Under the pieces are notes generated by a model. The model made no database searches. It had not been told where the DNA came from and worked only from the letters and a program-made list of their open reading frames with translations. Positions 27,092 through 39,028 of a stretch of 64,000 nucleotides of DNA are shown here, one piece after another (the first letter of the stretch is position 1; each line of letters starts with the position of its first letter). The stretch spans positions 2,790,001 to 2,854,000 of the forward strand of contig NC_045138.2 in assembly GCF_008831285.2 (NCBI RefSeq), given 5' to 3'. The DNA is from Nymphaea colorata. Lineage: Eukaryota. Position numbers and translations under genes: made by a program.

Positions 27092-30000
27092 TCATTCGTC
27101 CTCTTCCTCCACAGAAAAGTCAGGATCCTTGGGCTTCTGGACGGCAACGACACCGCCTGACGAGGATTCCGACGCGCCACCTCCGAAAGCCACAGCACTC
27201 CACCTGGCGCTCGCCGCCAGTCGGGCAGCGGCCCGGACCGCGATGCCGAGGGCGGGAGTCTCCGGCTGGTTAGGGGTGTCGGAGTCGGCGGAGCCGGGGC
27301 TCTCCAAGCGCTGGAGCTCGGCGACGGCCCTGTGCCTTTTGAATCGGCGCCATGCGGCCTGAATAAAGCAGGCGGCCCAGGTGCGCCACTGGTGGGAGTA
27401 GAAGCGGAACGTATGCTGCAGCTGCTTGCTGTGGAGGCGGCGGAACTGGGCGGCGACAAATTTGAGGTCGTCGGCGCGGAGGGCGAAGGCCTCCACCTCG
27501 ACCAGCGCCCTCACCGTCCGTGTAGACGACGGGAGGATGACGCTGGGCCGCGGGTCGAGCGCCCATGTTAGCAGCTCCTCGCCGCAGAAATCGCCGGGGC
27601 CCAGCCTACAGGAGTTGAAGAAGCCGGTGCGCCCGCCGTTGGTCGTGTAGCTGTCCAGGTGGCCCCGGATGACGAAAAGCATCTCGTTGACGGGGTCACC
27701 CTCGCGGACGAGGCAAGTTCCGTTGGTGCACAGTGCGGGCTTCAGCCGCTCGCAGATCGCATCCAGCATCTGGTCGTCCATCTGGTCAAACAGCGGCACC
27801 TGTTCTTCCAAACGACAAACCATCAGGAGGCGGAACCAACAAGGGGAAGGGGTCTCTGGATTTCGACCGTTCATGGTACCGAAACAAGCCAAACCTGGCT
27901 GAATTTGGTAGTAATAGCAGGGTGTTCTGCGCTTAGCAAGGGAGACATATACAGGCGAGGAGGAGGGAAGCGCTTACTCGTCTAACGAGGTCGAGGCAGA
28001 GATGGCGCTTGATGTCTCGGCGCAGATCGACGGGGAGGCCCTTGAGGATGGCTTCCTCGTCCACCCCTCTGGTTGCCACCCACTTGTACTGATCATACTT
28101 CCTCACGCATTGCTTTAAATCCGGGGGAAGCTGCCTGTGCCTCATCCACTCCTCCGTGTCCGTTCTCTTGATCCTCCACTCTTCCAGCCTCACCGTCGTC
28201 GACTGCAAGTACGTCTGGGTTTGGTGGTACAGCATGCCAAACAAATATAGTGTAATAACCACGTCATGTCGTCTCGCAAATGAATACAAAACGAACAACA
28301 ATAAAGATGCAACACCCACACATTCCTCGTGCGGACGGGAGTCCCTGGCTACCATGCAGTTATTTCTCTCATTCTCTGAGATTATAAAGATCGTACCATG
28401 GTGTCTCTCACAATGGTATTTCAATTTGACCCTGGATGTATATCAATTTCATGGGCCAGAGGTCCCTTCAAGTTTCAAGTGGTCGTCAATCTCTTGGAAT
28501 TTGTAATTACTATTTTGAAGGAATTTTGATGGCAAAATTTTAAAATGAAAAAAAAAAAAAAAAAAAAAAAACTTATCCTCTTACTGAAGTTTCCCTTCGT
28601 CCAGGAGCAGTGAAGATTTAGCATTTCTAATACATTCTTTCCAAGGAAAGGGACTCACCTGCATGTTCCCAATTAATAAGGCAAACAGCACAAGGCCAAG
28701 AACAGCAATCAGAATCGCGAAGCTGATCTCTCCCACGAAAGTGCTTGTCTGAAGGTTTTGTCCCAAACAGCTGCACAGGTTATAGAAGCCTTCGACTTGG
28801 GAAGCATTGCAGATAATGAGACATCAAAAAGATTTTATTTTCTTAAAGGTATGTGGAGCTGACCTGAGATTTTGCAGTCCCCACCACAGGCAATAGAAGT
28901 ACTTGTTGAAAAACTTTGAAGATGTTGCTCCTGAGTTTAACGCATCTCCATAGATTCCATACTCATAAAAGTTACTATTGGGACTGCATAGCAGCGTAAC
29001 CTTACTTGATTGAACCCATGACTGTCTGAGAGCCTCCATGCTCTTGTCCATCCTTCGGCAGTCCAAGAATCTGTACTGGCATGGGCCCTGAGCGTTGCAT
29101 ACTTTTTCCCAGCATGACACATCACGCTCGATTGCAAGGAGGTACCAAGAGGCTCCTAGCACCTGTGAGAGTCATCGTTCCGATCAAAGAAACATCGAAT
29201 CTACTTGAGCTTTGCATCATAAATTTGACGTTACATGTTATTGTTTAAAACAAATATCCACATTCAACTTTTCTGGATACAAAGAATCCAGTAGCATCCA
29301 GTTTGAAGAATCTTGAAAATGTTGGAAATTAATCCCAGTTTCTGGTATCTATATGTTCTGACATAGAAGAGATTTATAAGGCATTTTTTGAAGAAAATCA
29401 GTTCTTTAATATCTAAAAATGCTCTTTATAAAAGAAAACTAAGCATGAGGAAAGTGAGTTTGAAGATTTAAGTTACTTCTTGATGGTGAAGAAGAAAACT
29501 CTCATCATCACTGAAGAAAAGAAGTCCTTCTCATGATGGCTTTTGAATAGGTCTTGCACAATATTTGAGAGAAGTTTCATCATCTTCATTTTAACTTTGC
29601 ATTAAAGATGTATGCTTTTGGATGCCAAAAATGGAGGTGCTCTTATTTTATGTCATTGAGATTAGTCAATATTAAAGATAGCGAGATCTCTAAGGATTAG
29701 CCCTTTTGTTGTTTGACTTTCTTTTTGGCCAACAGAACCTGCTCTATGGGAATCACCAGCAATCGATTTATACATTTTGATCGCACGATGTTGTGGGCAT
29801 TTTTCAAATCTGTTATGTTGTAAAACAGACAGTGGGTACTTCCACTATGGTGTATGTCCTAAGTCTGAAGCACTAAAAAAATAGAGCACCATGATTTTCT
29901 TTTATCAAATGATAAAGATCGACTATTGTTTCAGGAAGTAAGATCACAAGTTCAAACAAATGAAGTTGGCTTAGAAGTTAGATCTCATCACATGAAAAGA

Positions 30001-33000
30001 ACATATATTAGCTGATGTGTTCTAACCTTCAAAGAGTATGCAATCTATTCCATTTGCAGTTTTTCTATAACAAAAGACTTGCAAACTTGTGGCTTTTATG
30101 TTTACCAATAAGATGGAAAATTGCTGCCATCTTATGCTTCTTCAAATACATTACAAAAGCTAGTAACAGATTATCAGATATAGAAAGAAGATATGTAACA
30201 GACAGCCAGATACACAAACAAGGATCTGCCATCTTTACATGGTCTGCAGAATACAAATTGAGGAATGATACATGCCAGCCGAAGAAGTAGCATATGACTC
30301 TTCTTCTTTAATGATAATGAATTTAGTGGTACAATGATGCTGAGAGCTTAGGAAGTTAACCCTTTCTAATCAACTTAACTGCTTTTGATGGATATAATAT
30401 TAAAATTTAAGGGTCCAAAAGTGCCTCTACGCTCCATTAACAGCAGGAATAGATGTAACAGTTTCATTAGAAGCTATCAAATTTTCAATCAAAATAAAAC
30501 ATTTCTAGCTTAAGTAGTTAAAGACAAAAACTATATATACATTCAAACTATGATATGAAGTCCTCTAAACCTAAAGTATCAGGGCTAGAACTCATTGATG
30601 GATGACAGCAATAAAAGAATTTTAAATGAAATTCTTACATGGCTTGCAAGCATGTATAACATCAAATTATAGGCAGCACCAGCCCATGCTGTCTCGGTCA
30701 CAACTCCAGTTGTCTTCACAATTTGAGACGATAGTGGAACAATCAAGAATAGCCTTGGAAGATATTGAAATATGATAATGAAGCGAAGTACATTCTTTGT
30801 ATTAGCCAGTGTGGAACCGTTTGAACTGGGTATTGCAACCCATATCAAAACCTGGAAGGATAAAGAGATATGTAAGAACTGATACAAGTGGTAAGGCAAA
30901 AAATAATTGAAAGGATAGAAGTTAGATATATTGTGATGAATTTAGTCAGGATACAGCTAGCTAATTAATGGACTAGCTCTAGCATCGATCAGCAATATGA
31001 TTTCTGTGGTCAAGGTATTTGTGGAATTTATTGATGTAAGAGAAGCTGCAAAAACATTTATTAGTTGTGAAAATCAAAATTGATCGATACTGGGATTTCA
31101 ATCACAAGTAATAACAACAGGTTTCCATAAAAGATGCTCTATTTGATTCCATAGTGACATTCAAATATAATAAGGTGAATAGTTTATCTCAGGCAAAGAA
31201 ATTCCTGTACTAGTAAAAACCTAATTGTCAGTTATCAAGAGTAAATAAACTAGCATTCAAATGTAATTTTATCTTTTTAATCTTCTGGAGGTTTCTGTGT
31301 AGTTACCAAATTTAGCATTTGTTATATTGCCAACATATTACAGGTATTGAGCAAGATTTTCTATAGAGAAATAGAATAGAATGCTCCTAACCTCTACTTA
31401 ACTTGGTATAGTGGTCATTGTTGCAGGATTCTTCTTTTCATAATTATGCTGGAAGTTTTTCTGAATTTATTGCGAGTAATGTGTTATGAGAGGTGTTAGA
31501 TATTGAGGGTGCAGTTTTCTGGATTTATGGGACTTACATTTATCATTCCAGATAATTAGTTCGTTGAGGATTGTTGCAAATTTTTGTTTATTCAACAGTC
31601 TAATTTCAGAACTATACGGTCTATGATTGTTACAGCTCATGCCTACCATCAAATTTTAAATGGTAACAACAGAAACCTCTATCATGATACGTGCACACAA
31701 TTGCGTCATACATCTTTTGTGAGTAGATCTGAAGATGACACAAGAAGAGGGTCAATTTGACATCGTTAAAAGCCTCCCTTTTTTACGTGAGCAAAGTCTC
31801 TGTCAAGCAAGGAGATTCCAAGCAATGCATTAACTGGCAAAATGATCGTTGCTTAGATAAACAGAAACATGTAGCAGCTCGGGGATTTACCTGAGGAAGT
31901 GGTAATGCAGCAATCAGATCAACCCAGAATTCCTTTTGTAGATACCTCGATGCAATTTTGGATGGCTCGATGACAAGTTCACCTCTTCCAAATACACGAG
32001 AGGAAGGGGCAATATATGCTGTCCGGAAGCGAATAAAAATATGAATCACATAAAACATATCTGCTATTGAACGCACAATGGTGAGGACAATCTCAAGGGC
32101 CGTATCAATTTCTATACATGCTCCTTCAGTGCCAGGTAAGTAGAAGAAGAGGGGATCCACAAAAAGAGAAATTAAACAGGCCACTAGAAAAACTTTATTC
32201 CAACGTTGCAGGAGAGTGCCTCTAGGATCCAATATTTTTCTTTTTACTCTTTCGTAATCCTCAGAAAACACCCGGGAAAGAACTTTTGATTTTAATGACT
32301 TCCCCGAGCTTTTGAGACCTTGCTGATCGCTGATTTTAGGAACTTGCTGATCGACCTTCTTAGGACATGATACTGGTATTTGAGTCCCATCTATTCTGAA
32401 TGTCAGCTTAACCATGCTATCTGATTTACATCTTGTCAAATCAGCCACTTCAGGATCATCCTGAAACCTGAAAGAAAGACTAATCCTCAATGCGAGATCC
32501 AATTTGAAGACTAGCATATAGTGTACAAATCTTCCGCGCAAAATTCATGTATTTTGGGACAAGGAAACTTAAAAACGAGCAAACATGGAATGCACCACCG
32601 TCTTATATATTCCTCCTTAACATTCCAAGGGAACGACTCGGTTTCTCCTCATTTGGGAAGGAAGAGTAATGGTCAATACTTGACGGGTTAAACTATCAAA
32701 AACAGATGTCTTAACGGTGAAACTAACCGGCAGATTTTGCCTTACCTGTGTAACATAGGAAAGCCGTGTACTTTTCTACATCTGTTAAGTTTTTTGCGTG
32801 AGAAACGGCAAACAATGAAATTTGACATCAGAAAACATGGAAAACTTGAATCATATCGCCGGTGTAGCTATTCACGAATATCAGAATTCCTTTTCGTAAT
32901 CTTTGTAGTTATACTGCTTTTGAACTTCTGTATGCAAATTGATGTTTTTAACAAGTGAAAACCATGCTCGTAGAAAGCAAGGAGAGCCCAAGAGTTCAAA

Positions 33001-33448
33001 TTTCCACTTGATTCGTTTTTAATTCCTTAAAATGTATTTTCTCTTACACTGTAATTTTGTTGTGGCTGAAAAGTTTGACAAATTTCCTTCCGTCTGTAAA
33101 CAACCAGCGGCTTTATATTTGATTTTGTATTCTTCTCAATGCACTTCTGCTACCTTTGACACCGAAGATTAGAACTATTGAGATATCGTGAACTTCACAT
33201 GTTGATCGACCATTCCAAATATGTGATTCTATGAAACATCGACCAACAAATTCTTACCATGAATTTAAACTGCATATGTACAAAACCGAATAAGATGCCC
33301 ATACTGTTTCATTTTTCTATTTCTTGAAGGTAGCAACTAACCAAACCATGAATTCAATTCATCCTATGAAGGTTAGAACTTAGAAGTATAATGCAGGGGA
33401 ATGGATGAAAACTAACCTCACAGATTTGGAACTCTGCAGCGTCATCAT
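27092..33448 (-). CDS. CNGC: Cyclic nucleotide-gated ion channel, group III, CNGC15-like
   Basis: Seven GT-AG exons: 33448-33417, 32467-31891, 30851-30639, 29162-28864, 28770-28659, 28214-27978, 27799-27092. Motifs: SVRFQDD, SRVFSEDY, FVDPLFFYLP, TAWAGAAYNL, pore WWGLQNLSCLGQNL, phosphate-binding cassette GDFCGEELLTWALDP, CaM-binding FRRLHSKQLQHTFRFYS and IQ motif IQAAWRR. Subgroup assignment is from recall. Confidence 0.96.
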
Positions 33449-36400
33449 TTGCCCACCAGAGACTAGTGCAACTTCAGGCACCAAATAGGCAGCGTCCCAC
33501 CAGAAAGCCGATCCTCTGCTTCATACACAAATTTGTGAAGTGGCTAGTGATCGTTCTTCAAGATGAATGGATGGTGTTCGCCGTGCCATTCTGTGGTTGA
33601 TCTCCGAACCACTTTCAGCATGTATCCTGTGGAAGGAAAAAGATTTCGATTGCGACGCATAATTTCTTTTGGTCAAAAAGTATGCATCTTGATTAACTTC
33701 AAAAAAGAAAACGGTGGGGAGCACGAGATTCATTACCAGTTTCTTTCTTCCTTTTTAGCATCGATGCAGCAGAGAGAGAGGAAGGGAGAGAGAGAGAGCT
33801 CACGTCGAAGACAAAAACCTGGTTCTTGTGAACTCCTTTAACCACTGCCACATCCGTTCACCTTTACTTTTGAAGATGTGAGACTCACCAACGTCCCTGA
33901 AGATCTTCCCTTGGAGGCTATGAATCTGCCCGTCATATCTCAGATACTTTTCTCATTTATTTCTTTCTTAAAGCAAGGTGGTCATGGGGAAACGAACCCG
34001 CGATGCCTTTGGTTAAGATCAGCCAACTCATTCACTCCTCCTGTCAATAGGAGTCTAAAGTGGAACCACGGCCCACTTACCGATGCCAGTCACGCTCTCC
34101 CCCACCTCTTACATCTGAAAATTGACAACTTAGATGCTCGGCTTGAACTTGAGTTACAATCCATCTTGTCCTGTGGACTCTACGCACATCTCAACTCCAT
34201 CTCATCTACCAAAAAAGAAGGAAAGACTCAGAAGGATGCGTGATTCTTAGGTGGCATTGTCGTTCATGAAATTACCATGATGGAGCAGTTGGCTTTTCTG
34301 CAAGATTTGTGAAGTCATGGACACATAATGCATAAGTTGCGTTTGCCTTCTGGCTTACGACATGGAAGACCGAATCACTTGTTTCGGTTGGATTCTGGCT
34401 CTGCTGTGATTCTAATCACCGAAATTGCTAGTTTCTCCGTGATGGAAGGAAGGTTACTTTTCCTCACTCCAGGAGACAAAAAGAAAAGGAAGGTTAAGAA
34501 AAAGACAGTAGAGAGAAAGTACGCCTAAATGTAAGGAGCCGGTTGGGGGAAAGATGATTGGCATGGTGCTATACAACCCCAAGGCCCTCCTCTCACAGAA
34601 AAAATGGTATACGAGGGGAACAAAAAAATTCAGAAGAAAAACTTCTTTCAACTAAAGAAACAGAACAACTCTTGTATGTTTGTGGGCGCGTATGTGAGAA
34701 AGAGGAGATGCTTCATGGTTGACTATCTTACTTGTCGCTGATCAAATAGCTTTTCACGTGCCCGCACGGTTTCCCTCCTTCTCTTTGGGCTTTACCGCAT
34801 TGACGATAGCCTTCGTAATCCCAGGTGCAGCAGGATAGAGGCACCGAGCCTCTTGTACTCTCATAGGCGCCTGAAATCACTCTAGGAAGTACCGAGCCCT
34901 CTTAAAACCTCGTGAAAATTACTCTAGAAGCACCAAGCCCTCTTAAAATGTCGCAGGCGCCTATAAAATTATTATACCAGGACAGTCCTTTGATGACCCA
35001 AACAACTTCCTTTCTTCTCCCATTTTATTATTGAATACCAGGAATAGGACTTGTAAGTACTTTTCTTTATTGGGCACTTGGTAGGACCAGAGTTGATTGC
35101 CTTAATTGGCTCATGATGTACTGGAGCTGATCATAGTTCCATGCGGAGTGGTGCCAATATGTTGGCTTCATGAGCAGCCATTGGAGATTGGTGCTTGATT
35201 GCTGCTATCATTTGTTCGGTCTTTTCCGTTTGAGTACTTGAACTGAAGCTTTATTGGCACCGTAGTAAAATTGAGCACCGCCAGTGGATGACTACAGAAA
35301 CTTGTTAGACAACACCAAATCATGAGTTGCAGGGGGTTAGAGCAGCATTCAATCCACTCCCCTACATCATATATCGGTCGGAAAGTGTCTGACTGACTGT
35401 CTGAGATTGTCAGTGCGGCCCATACAACGTTGACAATGAAGGTGGGATGTGTGCTATACCATCACCGCTCCGGAAGATGGCAGTAGTTTACCCACTCTGG
35501 TCGGGTCGCTGTAAGACAGACGAAGCACTCGATTGAGTACTGTCTTTGGCCTCTTCAGAATGATGCGAATGCAGCGAATATGGAATTGACGAACAATTTT
35601 CTGATAAATGCAGTGAGTTTGCACCAGCAGCGAGACTGATTCTCTGATATATGGAAGTCGAAAGAAACATTGGCTGGTGGCTTTAACAGGTGTTTGTGGG
35701 CGCCATGGGGGCCCAGCCCTGGTACCTGCTTCCTCTTGATTCCAAGACTCCAGGGTGTTGGTGGCGAGGCAAAAGAGCTCCGATCAAAGAGCCATCTGAA
35801 ATCCTCGATACCCTTCCCCCTCCCTCCTCCCCTTCTCTTGCTGCAGTAAAGAAAACGCCTCCATTTTTTGGGACGGGGCTGGACTCAAGTTCCCTAGAAG
35901 GGTCTACCTCCGCACGTGAAGGTTACTTCTGCTTTTGCATTTATCTGCCTTATTTTATCATGTACATATATCATCGTCAACGGACTGACGAGATTCCAGA
36001 AACCAATTTGTCTGTCTATTTAGCCTTGCAGGCGGTGTGATGTAGCCTCATGAATCTTCAACACCCTTGGCGATATGTTGGTGAAATTTGCAATCTCAAA
36101 AGGTCCGGTGCGGCTGCGAGTTGGGAAGAAGCGAGGGTGATTGTGGCCGTCAGCAGGAATCGAAATAAAGTCGGAATGGGATGTCATGGAGAGCAGAAGG
36201 AAAAGGAAAGAAGAGGCCAAGGACCAAAGACTAAACATCCATGAGGAGGAGGGAGAGAGAGAGAGAGATGACGCAATGGGATTATTATGGGTGGTTGCAG
36301 TATTATCAGTATGGGTGCGTATCACCGAAATGATGTAATAATGGACATAAATAAATTTTAAATATGGGCCCATATGGTGCATGAGTTGACCCTTTTATCT

Positions 36401-36700
36401 TAGCACGACAGTGCCGCCAAATGTTTATATGCTTTAAAATGCATCGCTAACAAATTGATTTAAACCACCGGCGTGGCTGATTGATATTTGGCCGGCCACA
36501 TGATTCACCAGAATGTACACCATTGCCACTACACACAAAACCGCAAGAGAGTTGTTGTTTTCACAATCAGTGGATTGGAAGGAAAAAAAAAAGAGGTTGA
36601 GAATGGTGTGAAGCTTTCATATTTGGGCAGAGGCTTGACACTGTAAATGAACAGATTTCTAGGCATTTCAGGTCCCCTCCTTTTCCATTTTATTATCTCT

Positions 36701-36787
36701 CTCTTTCTTTCTCCCTCAAGGTCAGAACTCTCTTTCTTTCTCCCTCAAGGTCAGAACTCTCTTTCTTTCTCCCTCAAGGTCAGAACT
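36701..36787. repeat. 29-bp minisatellite x3
   Basis: ctctttctttctccctcaaggtcagaact repeated three times. Confidence 0.9.
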
Positions 36788-39028
36788 AGTTATTGCGTGA
36801 CAAAGAAGCAGGAGATGGTGCTCCAACAACGGAAATGACAAGTCACCGCCAGTCTTGCCTACGCACCACTCTCACAAGGGCCGACATGCATTACAGCTAC
36901 ATGCCAGTCAGGGGGTTTGCCTCCTCTAACGCACCGATGCTTCTCCACCGCCCCACCACACCCTTTAATTCCTTTTGCCATTTTTATTCGGCCTCCTCTG
37001 CTCTCCTGTAACACAAAAATCATTGGATCTCTCGCCCCTCGTGCGCTTTCCTGTAACACATAAACAAATAGGCTCTCTCCCTCTCTGTGGCGAGCCACTC
37101 GTTCGGCTGGTGCTCTGAAATCTGGTGGAAACTCAAAGTTTTAGTTGTGACATTGGAGCGTCGAACCAAAAAACCAAAACAGACTATATGTTGAATGGAG
37201 CGCCCGCTCTTGCTGTTAAGGCAAACACACAGGCGTAAAAATTGGCGGCGCCATGGGTAGCTGCTTGTATATTACCACTCAAAGACTCTCTAGTCCATTT
37301 GTTAATTTCTCATAAATCGGCTAATGGAAGTGGAGAATTTACAGATATCACAAGCATTCGTAGATTGAACCCTTTCGTGAATCTTATGGCCCCAGTTTAC
37401 TGCAACGGAGTCTTACATTTAACAGACTATACATCAGTTTTCAGGAGCCAATGAAATCAAAGGTTATAAGGAACGTGCCCTCACCCCAATATCCGACTCG
37501 CATATGACATGGGTAGCAAAGTAATATTTATATGCCAAACATATTATATTTGGACTAGACTATTTAGCAGGTAAATCACTAAAACAAACATAAAATGGAG
37601 TCTGGGGCATCGGCCCACTATCCAGAAAACAGCATATATACATAAAACAGAGAGAGAGAGCCATCTACAAAACAGCATATATACATCAAACGATAACAAG
37701 TTTCTTATTCCACTTGATTCCTCAGAGAGAGAGAGAGAGAGCTGAAAGCAATATATCAACGTTACTAACAGAAAATCCCACCTCCAATGGGAAATTGGAG
37801 GGAGATATAACAGCCGATCAAAAGATCATTAGGCACAACATTCACCAAACCATGGCTTGTATAGTTACTTCAAGAATGTGGTTTTAACTTCTAAATTTTG
37901 CCTGTCCTGTCTTCTCGTTGACGAGTTATAATGGGCTCTCTAGTTCTGCAACTAAAAGTTTGAGAAATTTAAATGCCTCCCTTTTGTATTTTATGAATCT
38001 TGTTTATGCCGAGTGAATCTCCAGCTTCTGAATGGTAGGAAACATATCGATGTGACGAATTTCTTAAAAACGCGTCTTTTGAAATGTTATTACAGCAATC
38101 ATGCCCATCCGAATCTCTATTTGGATCTTGTGGTTGCCAAGGATATGAGCCGCAGAGAATTGCTCCTTTAAAATTATGCAACAAATTAGGGTAATTTTTT
38201 ATTGAATTAGTCCCCATCATATTCGTTAATAGTTTGGACTCAAGTTGGATCCACTGTTTACCATATCTTAATGGTTGAATCTTCTTCAATAGTTCGGATT
38301 CAGACCTTGACTGAACTTTCTAAGTCAAGTCCAAATCCAACAGGAGTAAGATCCAAACTTTCGTTTAGGAGATTCGATTGGCAGAGAATGTAGCTGTGCG
38401 CCTCCCCACTGGCAGCATGTGGAGGTAAATCATGTAGCGGAATAACGCAATAGATCAGGTTGCTGGTACAATATCGCATTACAAGCCATATGACCGCACA
38501 AGAATCCATATGCTGGCTGCAAAGCACCCTTGAACTGGATGAACTATCATGGTAGCTGTGGCTGTGTTGGGCAAGTAACCAGCGCGACTGGAAAGCCTTC
38601 AGCAGCACTTACCGTCTTATAACCAAGCTCGAACAAGCTTGTCAATAAACCCCTCCATCCTGACTTCACAGCGACCTCGACCAGGAACTCGAGATCAGGC
38701 GATATGGTAACAGAGCCTGCCATGGGCAATTGAACAGTCTCCCTTGGATGGAGTACAGTTTCTTGCTATAACATTCATTTGAAACAATGGCCCTACCAGG
38801 AGCCGTGATATGGGCAATCCTAAGAATCTGTCTTTTAGATGCCGTGCATTTTCTTGCCATTTCATCTCTCTCCCTCTCTCTCTCTCGTGTTCAAGTGGTT
38901 ATGCTGCATCAGTTTGCCTAAAATGTGAGAAGACTAAGAATGATCCCAACCATCAAATGTAAGGAGAATGATGGCCTAAAAAATGCGACAGCAACAGAGG
39001 AGACCAAGAATTGCAAAGGAAGCTCCCA

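Noticed and set aside
27055..27985. Several overlapping ORFs over the last CNGC exon
   Set aside because: Expected by-product of high GC and stop-poor alternative frames.
37969..38860. Possible gene fragment downstream of RRP41L (ORFs 38300-38860, donor-like ACG|GTAAGT near 38610)
   Set aside because: I could not recognise a family or assemble a frame; a BLASTX search would be needed.
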